Virus record (IMG/VR): IMGVR_UViG_3300031775_000001 | Location: 19,812-83,811 of that record | Source of the DNA: a virus | Lineage: Duplodnaviria > Caudoviricetes | Length of the DNA stretch: 64,000 bases | Direction: 5' to 3' (one strand) | Shown here: positions 18,260 to 26,189 of the stretch, in pieces | Layout: each line of letters starts with the position of its first letter | Numbering within the stretch: the first letter of the stretch is position 1 | Translations under genes and position numbers: made by a program | The notes under the pieces: model-generated | The model's input: only the letters and a program-made list of their open reading frames with translations | Told to the model about the DNA's origin: nothing | The model's database searches: none

Positions 18260-18679
18260 TTACCACCAAGAATTATAGTAAACCTTTTGCCCATCAGTAA
18301 TTGCTTCTCTTGCCTCTCTGATGAACTCTAGGTCAGTTTCCTTGTGGAAATAGTTATTACCCTCATAAGGCTTGCCATCTTCGTTTTCCCAATCGAAAGA
18401 ATCATCTCCAAAAAAGAACCCACCTGTTTCGGGCATAGTCTTGTTTGATACATGAGCCTCAAGTTGCTCAAGGTCTGACAAAGTAATCTCCAACTCAACG
18501 CAATTGAAATCTCCCATTGCTTGAGAATCAGCTTCCTCGAAGTTAGGTCTGCCCTTGTCCTCCCAAAGTTGTTCCATCCAACCTTGAAGCCGGTTGTGTT
18601 TTCTCCATTCGGAGATAGTTATGTTGCTCTCACTATCTTCATCTGGCAATCTCCTATATGCGTATTGATCTAACCCCAT
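18260..18679 (-). CDS. conserved phage protein (MGLDQY...WRKHN family)
   Basis: MGLDQYAY, WRKHNRLQGWM, GGFFFG, VYYNSWW. Confidence 0.8.
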   Translation of the reverse strand: MGLDQYAYRRLPDEDSESNITISEWRKHNRLQGWMEQLWEDKGRPNFEEADSQAMGDFNCVELEITLSDLEQLEAHVSNKTMPETGGFFFGDDSFDWENEDGKPYEGNNYFHKETDLEFIREAREAITDGQKVYYNSWW

Positions 18680-19098
18680 GACATTTCCTCCTTGCTAGTA
18701 AATTTTTCTTCATTATCTATCTCGTCTTCCCATCGTTTGGCATTTAACCATGAACTTGCATGAGGAATGAATCTCCTCTCTTGCCCACCCCAAAATTCTA
18801 AATGATCTTCTAATACAGAAAAAATATCATCTATTTCTTTTTTGGTCAATCTTAAAAACGCCATCCTGCTTTTTTGCTTGGACTTTTTTAAGGGATAGTC
18901 TCGCCAAAACCTATCGAAACTCTCCTCTTTAGAATTTTGGGGAATATCATCAGAACCGGAGTGGTCTGGTTCAAGGATGGAAAGCAAATATTTATTCCTG
19001 CTAACACCCCTTTCTTTCGCTAAGTTCATCCATTTCTTGGACAACTCAGTAGGAACGCTAATTCTTACTATGCTCATATTTTTTTTGATTTTATTCAT
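18670..19098 (-). CDS. RHH-like N-terminus plus phage replication-initiator C-terminal-like domain
   Basis: FDRFWRDYPLKKSK...FIPHASSWLNAKRWEDE; start trimmed to MNKIKK. Confidence 0.6.
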   Translation of the reverse strand: MNKIKKNMSIVRISVPTELSKKWMNLAKERGVSRNKYLLSILEPDHSGSDDIPQNSKEESFDRFWRDYPLKKSKQKSRMAFLRLTKKEIDDIFSVLEDHLEFWGGQERRFIPHASSWLNAKRWEDEIDNEEKFTSKEEMSWG

Positions 19099-19375
19099 AA
19101 CTACGCTTCTGTTTGGTTTCTTTAAAAGTTCTAGTATTGTGGTGAATGTAAACCTTATTGCCGTATTGGTCAAGAGTATTATTGCAAACTGCATAACCAA
19201 GTTTACGCAATGCCTCTAAATTAGTAGAGGTGTAAACAGTTTGACCTGTTAATTCCGCAAGGTGTTTGGTGTGAGGATGACTGGTGATCTCCCATCTTCG
19301 ATCCAAAGTTTCATGGCAAAGACCATCAACTGGAGTGACCAGAATTTCATCAACCATGTATGATTTTAAATCCAT
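19091..19375 (-). CDS. hypothetical protein
   Basis: Start trimmed to MDLKSY. Confidence 0.6.
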   Translation of the reverse strand: MDLKSYMVDEILVTPVDGLCHETLDRRWEITSHPHTKHLAELTGQTVYTSTNLEALRKLGYAVCNNTLDQYGNKVYIHHNTRTFKETKQKRSYE

Positions 19376-19377
19376 TA

Positions 19378-19596
19378 TTATTTTCTTGCACTTAAATTGC
19401 CACTCCACCAAGATGGCTTAACCATAACTTCTCCACCTCTGACCTTGACCAATCGTCTTGGTGCATCATTCAAAACATATTGTTTGTTATGTTCTTTGGC
19501 GGTTTTCGGCTGAAAGAAATATCTTTTTGAAGCATCTATTTCCTCATCGTTAGTTGAGGTCAACTTGTACTCGTAATATTTTATTGTATCACTCAT
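19378..19596 (-). CDS. hypothetical protein
   Basis: Co-oriented ORF downstream of a TTGACT-17-TATTGT promoter (19633-19661). Confidence 0.65.
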   Translation of the reverse strand: MSDTIKYYEYKLTSTNDEEIDASKRYFFQPKTAKEHNKQYVLNDAPRRLVKVRGGEVMVKPSWWSGNLSARK

Positions 19597-19679
19597 TGTT
19601 AATCAGTATCATATCTCATTGTTAATACTATTACAATACTTAAGGAACTCAAAGGAGTCAAGAAAATAATGAGAAACAA

Positions 19680-19877
19680 TTAAGAATTATCAATTTTTTC
19701 TTCCAATAAAGAGGAAATGAATTCTTCTGACTTTTGAAATACTTCCGGGTGATATTCCTTCACCCACTCTAGAACCCATTCGCGGACATAAGAGTTCACT
19801 ACTTCCTCTTTTGATAAGTCTAAACGGTATTTATTTAACTCTTGATTGTTTTCTATTTTCTTCTGATTCATTCCCAT
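19680..19877 (-). CDS. hypothetical protein
   Basis: Co-oriented ORF. Confidence 0.6.
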   Translation of the reverse strand: MGMNQKKIENNQELNKYRLDLSKEEVVNSYVREWVLEWVKEYHPEVFQKSEEFISSLLEEKIDNS

Positions 19878-20142
19878 AGTAAGGCATTAACCATCCCAAA
19901 TGAATATCTTCTGCGGAAACAGGCTTAATATTCTCCGCTCCTATTTTATTAACGAAATAAACAATTTCTTTTTGATTTAAATCTACCCTCTTGCCGTTAA
20001 CCCAAACAACATAAGCCCTTCTTCCATTTATATCAAAAGGAGGAGGAATGCTATTTATTTCAATCATTGCGTTTTCTGGAAAATTACTACCAGAAAAACA
20101 AGAAGAACAAAACAAGCAAAGTAGAAAATATGAAGATCTCAT
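19831..20142 (-). CDS. putative secreted/lipoprotein
   Basis: Hydrophobic Cys-containing N-terminus. Confidence 0.55.
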   Translation of the reverse strand: MRSSYFLLCLFCSSCFSGSNFPENAMIEINSIPPPFDINGRRAYVVWVNGKRVDLNQKEIVYFVNKIGAENIKPVSAEDIHLGWLMPYYGNESEENRKQSRVK

Positions 20143-20143
20143 T

Positions 20144-20470
20144 TTATTTCTTTTTCTTCAATTTCTCTTCTATAACTTCTATTAACTTTTCCATCTTCTT
20201 TTTAGGCAATCTTTTATACCCTAATAGGAAGTCAATTATTTTATCTACAGATTTTTCTCCAAAAACCAACTCATCATTAAACGCTTTTCCTTTTGACAAT
20301 ACCTCCCAGCAGTATCTAATCCTATCCCTCCAAGATAAAGGTCGATTAGAAAGCCCGGAACTCCAGTAGGAAAAATAATACAGGCGATCTTCTACATCAT
20401 AATCAATGCCCATCCCTTCTCCTTGGCATTCGCATTTAATAAATATTGACCTGTCTTTATTTTCATTCAT
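20144..20470 (-). CDS. hypothetical protein with CxC...E motif
   Basis: IFIKCECQGE...WRDRIRYCW; GGAGG SD upstream. Confidence 0.7.
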   Translation of the reverse strand: MNENKDRSIFIKCECQGEGMGIDYDVEDRLYYFSYWSSGLSNRPLSWRDRIRYCWEVLSKGKAFNDELVFGEKSVDKIIDFLLGYKRLPKKKMEKLIEVIEEKLKKKK

Positions 20471-20505
20471 TATTTTTGCCTCCCATAACTGTTCTTAGTA
20501 CATTC

Positions 20506-20533
20506 ATTATAAATAAATAAAAAACAAAGTCAA
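20506..20533 (-). promoter_or_regulatory. sigma70-type promoter just past the CRISPR trailer
   Basis: TTGACT-16-TATAAT. Confidence 0.65.
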
Positions 20534-20589
20534 GATTAATCGACAAGGGTTGTCTCGTTATCCTCTATATTTTGGAAATTGATCAAGTA

Positions 20590-20758
20590 GTTTCGTTCTC
20601 CCTCCTTATTTGAAGGAGTGGAAACCCATTACTGGCAATGGATTGCCTCTCAATTAGTTTCGCTCCCCTTCGTATTTGAAGGAGTGGAAACCAGAGGAGT
20701 ACTGCATCAGCATTTCCTATGCGTTTCGCTCCCCTTCGTATTTGAAGGAGTGGAAACC
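20590..20758 (-). CRISPR. CRISPR mini-array: 3 repeats, 2 spacers
   Basis: Minus-sense repeat GGTTTCCACTCCTTCAAATACGAAGGGGAGCGAAAC (36 nt), identical at 20723-20758 and 20657-20692, degenerate terminal copy at 20590-20626; 30-nt spacers; hairpin repeat ending GAAAC. Confidence 0.9.
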
Positions 20759-20864
20759 CGAAGCTCCTAACCCCTTAATATGAAAGGAGATGCCCCTCGA
20801 TAAAATCTAAGGGCTTTTAGTTCCCCACCGAACATGGAAGAACATCAAACTGTAAAAGAACAAA
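20759..20864 (-). ncRNA. putative omegaRNA/tracr-like scaffold (leader) between nuclease stop and array
   Basis: 106-nt structured segment with three predicted hairpins; position equals that of the TnpB omegaRNA. Confidence 0.5.
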
Positions 20865-22073
20865 TTAGCCAAATGCCCTCTGGCGTACAACCTCGGCGGC
20901 ATTAGGGTCTCGAAAAAGATGAGTGCCACATTCCGGGCAATCCCATTCCCTTTCGTCTAGAGTGAGGTTTCTATTAATGAAACCACAACAAGAACAAGTC
21001 ATAGAGGTATATTTAGGATCAACCATCTTACAGGTTTTTCCCTCAAGCTCTGATTTATATTGAATTTGTGAAATAATTTCTGCCAGCCCACCGCCGACAA
21101 GTTTTTTGTTTGTGGCTTTCTTCACTCGCCTTAATGTTTTCTTATCTTCCTCTGTCTTTTCTACTATTTTCTTAACTTCAAAATCTTCAACGGCGATGCC
21201 ATCATTTTCGGAAACTATCTGACGGCTAATGGCATGTCTTGCATGTTTTTTCTTATTTGCTTCATAATGTTTTAGCCTTGCAATCTTAGACTTTATTTTT
21301 CTAAAATTCTTTGACCCCTTTTTGCAAAGAGCCAATTTCTGATTAAGTCTAGCCTGACGAGCTTCAACATCTTTATAGGTCGGAATATGGAACGTATTGC
21401 CCTTATTGTCCGTAACATGATCCTTAATTCCAAAATCTAAACCGATTGTTTTTTTAATTTTAACCTTCTTCTGTATGGTTTGGGATTCTCCAACTATACA
21501 TACATACCATTTTCCGGCTTGATGTTTAATAGTTGCGATTTTGGGCTTTCTTCCATCAAGAGAACGATGCATAATAAGTTTGACCTTATGAGGCTTCACT
21601 CTGTTTGCAGGGTTAGATAAGAAAATATGGCTTTTCTTCAACTTGTCTTCATTTATTTCTAATTTATATGAATCAGTTTGAAAACTATTTGCCAACCTCA
21701 AAGGTTTAGGTTTCAGTCGAGAACCACCACCCTTGGTAAAGAAATTACCTCTGAGTTGATTAGCAATATGATTTAGATCTCTTGAGGGGCATTTTCTTAA
21801 AAGCTCAATACCCCAATTGTTTCCTTCTTCATCCAAATACCTATCCTCAAATCCTTCACCATAAGTTCTCCATCTCGTTATATTCCTATTATAAGCAGTA
21901 AAATTAGGCTTTTTTTCTTCCTCATTGTCCGCTTCAGCCAGAAAGATATACTCATTCTTAACTAATTGAGAAGCTCTGCAACAATCATATAGATATTCTT
22001 CCTGCTCCTTGTTTGGCTTAATTGCGAACTTGAAGGTTTTCAAATTCTTATTGTTTTTCTCTTTGGATTTCAT
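20865..22073 (-). CDS. tnpB: TnpB-like / compact type V (Cas12-like) RNA-guided nuclease, 402 aa
   Basis: FKFAIKPNKEQ N-terminus; RuvC-I IGLDFG, RuvC-II IAVEDF, Zn finger CSCCG...CPECG, RuvC-III RDPNAA; ATG 22073 preferred to TTG 22076. Confidence 0.92.
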   Translation of the reverse strand: MKSKEKNNKNLKTFKFAIKPNKEQEEYLYDCCRASQLVKNEYIFLAEADNEEEKKPNFTAYNRNITRWRTYGEGFEDRYLDEEGNNWGIELLRKCPSRDLNHIANQLRGNFFTKGGGSRLKPKPLRLANSFQTDSYKLEINEDKLKKSHIFLSNPANRVKPHKVKLIMHRSLDGRKPKIATIKHQAGKWYVCIVGESQTIQKKVKIKKTIGLDFGIKDHVTDNKGNTFHIPTYKDVEARQARLNQKLALCKKGSKNFRKIKSKIARLKHYEANKKKHARHAISRQIVSENDGIAVEDFEVKKIVEKTEEDKKTLRRVKKATNKKLVGGGLAEIISQIQYKSELEGKTCKMVDPKYTSMTCSCCGFINRNLTLDEREWDCPECGTHLFRDPNAAEVVRQRAFG

Positions 22074-22130
22074 CAAAGAACTCTAGTTTCGTTCTTAAGA
22101 CCACATGTCGTTGTTTCGTTCATTTGGTAT

Positions 22131-22180
22131 AGATGCCTATTTGAATTAAGCTTTGACTTCCCCTCCGAACAAGGAAGAAG
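22131..22180 (-). repeat. upstream copy of the two-hairpin module duplicated at 20788-20843
   Basis: 22-nt core with 2 mismatches (22158-22179 vs 20821-20842), compensatory changes, shared GGCATCT. Confidence 0.8.
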
Positions 22181-22209
22181 CAAGGGTAAACCTTGATTTT
22201 GAAAAAAAA

Positions 22210-22503
22210 TCATTCTTGAGGACTCCAATAAATCCCCTTAAATAAAACCAATTTAACATTGTCGCCATCGTCCACATCAATCCCTATAAGCTCACCCTCT
22301 GGAACGACAGATTTTGTGCTTTCATAAAAGAACTCCTTGGATTCAGAAGCATAGACTACTTGATCTGAGTGATATGGTAGCTTATCGAAGAAATCCGGAT
22401 TATCCTTTTCCCATTTCTTAAAGTTTTCATATTGACTCGCTTTAGAAGGAAAATAACTACCGGACTCTAATTTGCCCACAGTCTTTTTTTGTTGTTTGCT
22501 CAT
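22210..22503 (-). CDS. hypothetical protein
   Basis: Co-oriented ORF. Confidence 0.7.
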   Translation of the reverse strand: MSKQQKKTVGKLESGSYFPSKASQYENFKKWEKDNPDFFDKLPYHSDQVVYASESKEFFYESTKSVVPEGELIGIDVDDGDNVKLVLFKGIYWSPQE

Positions 22504-22508
22504 TTTAT

Positions 22509-22760
22509 TTAAAAATCTATGGATTCGGAAAAAGAAGTTCTAATGTCATTCACTAATTGAGACCGAGAATCACCCAAGGAACATTCGTCCCCTTCAATAT
22601 AAAAAGAACTACATATATCGCTTATAGGGTCACCCCTAGATTCCCACCAATCCGGATTTTCTTCCATTGTTGAGAGCAAGACTTCTTCTATAAAACTTGA
22701 TATTTCTTCTATCCTGCTAAAATTGATTTCTTTATTTGTATCACTATTGATTAACTTCAT
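22509..22760 (-). CDS. hypothetical protein
   Basis: Co-oriented ORF. Confidence 0.65.
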   Translation of the reverse strand: MKLINSDTNKEINFSRIEEISSFIEEVLLSTMEENPDWWESRGDPISDICSSFYIEGDECSLGDSRSQLVNDIRTSFSESIDF

Positions 22761-23178
22761 TTAAACCCTTTTCGTTTGAATTATCTTTAGATAAAATTTC
22801 CATCAACAAACTCACCGCTTCATCATCGCTCATTGTCGCAATAAAAGGATTGTCATTCCCCCATTGGCTAAGAGCCGCATGGTAACCATCTCCATAATCC
22901 TGCAAGGAACCATCATAAAGGAAAGCTATTCCAGCTTGTGTCCTTCCATCCTCGAAGCCTTTTTGGTAACTTTGTGACGACCTAACTTCTGTTTCATTAA
23001 TCACATCAGCCAACTGAGCTTCTAATATATTAGTTTCTGCATCGTAAGTTCTCAATAAAAATTGAAAATCCTTAATCCTGCTCTCTTGGTAGTTGTAAAA
23101 ATATACGCCACCAAAAAAGCACAATACAAGCAAATTAACCATCGTTAATGTCCAAATAATTCTCTCTTTATGATTCAT
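22744..23178 (-). CDS. membrane-anchored protein
   Basis: N-terminal TM helix; Y..G..DG repeats. Confidence 0.7.
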   Translation of the reverse strand: MNHKERIIWTLTMVNLLVLCFFGGVYFYNYQESRIKDFQFLLRTYDAETNILEAQLADVINETEVRSSQSYQKGFEDGRTQAGIAFLYDGSLQDYGDGYHAALSQWGNDNPFIATMSDDEAVSLLMEILSKDNSNEKGLNEVNQ

Positions 23179-23181
23179 AAG

Positions 23182-23712
23182 TTATGCTGATTTTGAAAAA
23201 TCTTCAGAAGATACATGTAGCGACTCCAAAGCTTCGACGGATGCGGTCATAGAGCCGTAATAACCACTGGAATCTAATTTTTCATAAATTTTCATAAGAA
23301 AATCCACGCATTCATCATAATCCATCTTTCTGCAGTTACTCAATATATTAACCCAAAATCCATATGTAATTCGTTTTCTTATTATTTTTCTGTTATCGCT
23401 TTTTACATCTTGCAAATTAAAAGATAGTTCTTTTTCGATTTGGTCAATACACCGGGAGTCAATCACGGTCTCTCCGTCCTTATTAATGCCAGAAGACAAA
23501 TATGTTCTCTTTAAAATATTAATTAATCTGCGACATAATGTTTTGGGCGTCCTATTAATTGAAAGCTCTGAGTCCTTTTTCTTGGGGAACGACCCGATTT
23601 TGAGTCTAACTCCGTGAGCTAAACAATTCCTGACTCCTTTTGTTTTCCTAAAAGAAAAATTGTTGCGAGATGCCCCGAAACCGGCTTTATATCTTGAAGT
23701 ATTATAGTTCAT
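23182..23712 (-). CDS. basic hypothetical protein
   Basis: Start trimmed to MNYNTS. Confidence 0.65.
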   Translation of the reverse strand: MNYNTSRYKAGFGASRNNFSFRKTKGVRNCLAHGVRLKIGSFPKKKDSELSINRTPKTLCRRLINILKRTYLSSGINKDGETVIDSRCIDQIEKELSFNLQDVKSDNRKIIRKRITYGFWVNILSNCRKMDYDECVDFLMKIYEKLDSSGYYGSMTASVEALESLHVSSEDFSKSA

Positions 23713-24010
23713 TTTGGATTTTTGGATCGATATTCCTAGCAATCTCAGACAATTCTACGAAATTTATTTCCGCTTGGTCTCTATTGGCAAGAGATTTACT
23801 TTCTTGTTCTTTTTTTAAAAGGGTTGGCTTTTTTTGAGGTTTTCCTCGTAACCAGTTACGTTGCATAATTCTAGTGAAAAACCTATGCAAAGAAAATGAA
23901 TAAATTTTATTTAAATTAACTGTATTGCCATCGGAGTCAGTAATTGACAAGACGGCAGTTTCATCGTCATATGCAAACGATCCATGCATTAATATTTTTT
24001 CTATTTTCAC
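23702..24010 (-). CDS. hypothetical protein
   Basis: Co-oriented ORF. Confidence 0.65.
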   Translation of the reverse strand: MKIEKILMHGSFAYDDETAVLSITDSDGNTVNLNKIYSFSLHRFFTRIMQRNWLRGKPQKKPTLLKKEQESKSLANRDQAEINFVELSEIARNIDPKIQNEL

Positions 24011-24062
24011 TCTTTGATTGATTTACTATAAATGTTAAAGAAATGCAGAAAGGAAGTCAAGA

Positions 24063-24239
24063 TCATTTTTGGTATCTTTCGAGGAAAGTGCATAATGAAC
24101 AATACATAGCCATCAAAAAAGAAAAAAAGAATAAAATACTATCATTTAGACCAAAAAATATTGAAACCGACAAATTTACAAACACCAATACGAAAAGGAG
24201 TTTCCCTTTGTTATTTAAACGATGCCAAGAAACAATCAT
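24063..24239 (-). CDS. 58-aa two-TM membrane protein
   Basis: Manual translation (MIVSWHRLNNKGKLLFVLVFVNLSVSIFFGL...); ATGA overlap with the sigma gene. Confidence 0.55.
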   Translation of the reverse strand: MIVSWHRLNNKGKLLFVLVFVNLSVSIFFGLNDSILFFFSFLMAMYCSLCTFLERYQK

Positions 24240-24970
24240 TCCGGAACGTAATGGTTTTTATTTAAATTTATTTCTTTCGGAAGTCGGGAAGTTTTTTTTA
24301 TTTGTTTTATTCTGCATTTGTCTGCCTTATTGAAAATCCCGGCCAAATATTTAGCCGACTCATTTGCTTCTGAAATATCATTTTTATTCTCATCCTCAAC
24401 TGTCATGCCTTTATAATGATGTCTTAATTTTTCAAAAATTCTAATTTTGCAGATATTAACTGCTTGTCTAGTTATTGAATGTTTGGTTGCTATTTCTTTT
24501 TCGCTCTTACCTTTTAACATCATTCCAAAGGTATCCTTTTCAATTTCCGTCAATATATGAGAATATTTTTTAATAATATCAACAATAACCTTCAGTTTTG
24601 CACCTTCATCAAAGAATGCAACATCTTCCTCTACTCCTATTTGATCGCATATCCAATCAAACAAAGAAACTTGCCCATCATCAGTTTCATATGTCCCGTC
24701 AGCAAGATTTTTAGAATAATGAAATTCTTTTATGCCCTGCCAGTTCGTTACATTCCTTGCATACGCATATGCCCATTTAGTGAAGTCTGCCTTAGAGAAA
24801 TCATAGCCTAATTTATCAAAAAACTTTTGTTTCGTTTTTATTAAATTAAAATTAACTTGACCTACCATATCATCAACGGTAGAACTCGCATTTTGGGAAA
24901 TATGCTTTCCTACTATTTTCCTAAGGTCTTCCTGATACTCTACTAAAAAATCATCAAATCTAGATTTCAT
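24236..24970 (-). CDS. phage RNA polymerase sigma factor (ECF/sigma70-like)
   Basis: Region 2 DDMVGQVNFNL...FTKWAYAYARN; region 4 LTEIEK...KSEKEIATKHSITRQAVNICK. Confidence 0.75.
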   Translation of the reverse strand: MKSRFDDFLVEYQEDLRKIVGKHISQNASSTVDDMVGQVNFNLIKTKQKFFDKLGYDFSKADFTKWAYAYARNVTNWQGIKEFHYSKNLADGTYETDDGQVSLFDWICDQIGVEEDVAFFDEGAKLKVIVDIIKKYSHILTEIEKDTFGMMLKGKSEKEIATKHSITRQAVNICKIRIFEKLRHHYKGMTVEDENKNDISEANESAKYLAGIFNKADKCRIKQIKKTSRLPKEINLNKNHYVPE

Positions 24971-26189
24971 TTTCTTTTATAAATTTAAATAACCTAACGT
25001 AATTGGAAATTGGCATATTAAGATACTTCGCCGCCTGTAGGGCGACTTTATTATTTTGATGATAGGCTTCCAATATTGAGCTTTTCATCTCTTTTGCATA
25101 TTTAATTCTATTTCTTTTCCTCGCAGACAACCTATTGGCGAGCCTAATCTCATCAACACTATCCAAAAAATCTCTTTTAAAATCAGGATAAGCCCTACCC
25201 ATTTGATTCATTGTTCTTCTTAGGGTGTTTACCGCCAATCCGAATTCTTTTGCAACAGATTTTAATAAGTGATTATTCCTTTTTAAGCTTTCCTCTAATT
25301 TAGGTTTTAGCTTCTCCAGCCTTAAAGAAAGCCTTATTTTGTTATTCTTTTTTCGAGTTTCTAGCATCTTCTTTCTAACTTCGGGGTCTTTTAGGTTGGA
25401 CGGAATTAAGTTCCCATTCTTTTTCCTTGTCTCCAAGGCTTTAATCTTCCCCATCTCTAATTTCTCCGGATCATAAACAGGGTCTCTAGCGGGAGGATTT
25501 GGGTATCTTTTTTTCCAATTAATTCCTTCAAAAAAAATCATCCTGTTCATCAAGGATCTATGACTAATGCGAAGTATATCTTTCGCGTGATTAACATTTC
25601 CTTTGGTTCCATCCATTACAAAGAGTATTGATTCTAATTCTTTTTCTGCGACCTCAGAATCATTATAGTTCGTCCTCCCTCTCTTGTCCGAATGGGATTT
25701 CCCGTATTTGCTTAAAGCGGAAAACCAATTTTTTGTTTTATTTTTGTTGTGTTCTCTTCCGGCTTCTATGAAAATCCTTATCTCTTCATCGCTTTTTTTA
25801 TAATTTTTGGGGGGAGACCAATTTCTTCGACCTACCTGACCTTCAAACCTCTTTTTTTCGATTTTAAAGAGCTTATCAAATTCATTGGGGAACGCCGTAC
25901 TTCTTACCGCATCCCAGAACGCAATTCTACTTGAGCCTACAGAATTTTTTCCATATTCTTTATGTAGGATGTATATATGAGACGCTTTCCTTTTTGAGAA
26001 ATTTTTATTTTCTGAAAGTTTTAAATCTAATATATTAAGAGCTAATTTAGCTGATTTAGCCTTAAGAAAAACTTTAAAATCTCTTTCGCTTTTATCTTTA
26101 TAACATTCAGTATAATGAAGCACCCAATATTGATTATGAGCAAATTTCTTCCTAAACGATCTAAACTGAATATTTTTTCCTTTTCTCAT
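24960..26189 (-). CDS. basic protein with three Fis-type HTH motifs, paralog of 26186..27403
   Basis: GNVNHAKDILRISHRSL; NHLLKSVAKEFGLAVNTL; ILEAYHQNNKVALQAAKYLNM. Confidence 0.65.
   Translation of the reverse strand: MRKGKNIQFRSFRKKFAHNQYWVLHYTECYKDKSERDFKVFLKAKSAKLALNILDLKLSENKNFSKRKASHIYILHKEYGKNSVGSSRIAFWDAVRSTAFPNEFDKLFKIEKKRFEGQVGRRNWSPPKNYKKSDEEIRIFIEAGREHNKNKTKNWFSALSKYGKSHSDKRGRTNYNDSEVAEKELESILFVMDGTKGNVNHAKDILRISHRSLMNRMIFFEGINWKKRYPNPPARDPVYDPEKLEMGKIKALETRKKNGNLIPSNLKDPEVRKKMLETRKKNNKIRLSLRLEKLKPKLEESLKRNNHLLKSVAKEFGLAVNTLRRTMNQMGRAYPDFKRDFLDSVDEIRLANRLSARKRNRIKYAKEMKSSILEAYHQNNKVALQAAKYLNMPISNYVRLFKFIKENEI

Noticed and set aside
20626-20648. Palindromes inside spacer 1 (CCATT..AATGG; GGCAAT..ATTGCC)
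   Set aside because: Short; no evidence of function; may be chance.
20627-20722. Self-targeting of spacers within this window
   Set aside because: Only 8-9 nt chance matches seen by eye (e.g. CATCAGCAT near 47670); a full search was not run.
20759-22209. Autonomous IS200/IS605 or IS607 element
   Set aside because: No tnpA (Y1 or serine) in the window and exact cleavage ends could not be defined; end-like hairpins are reported as a finding instead.
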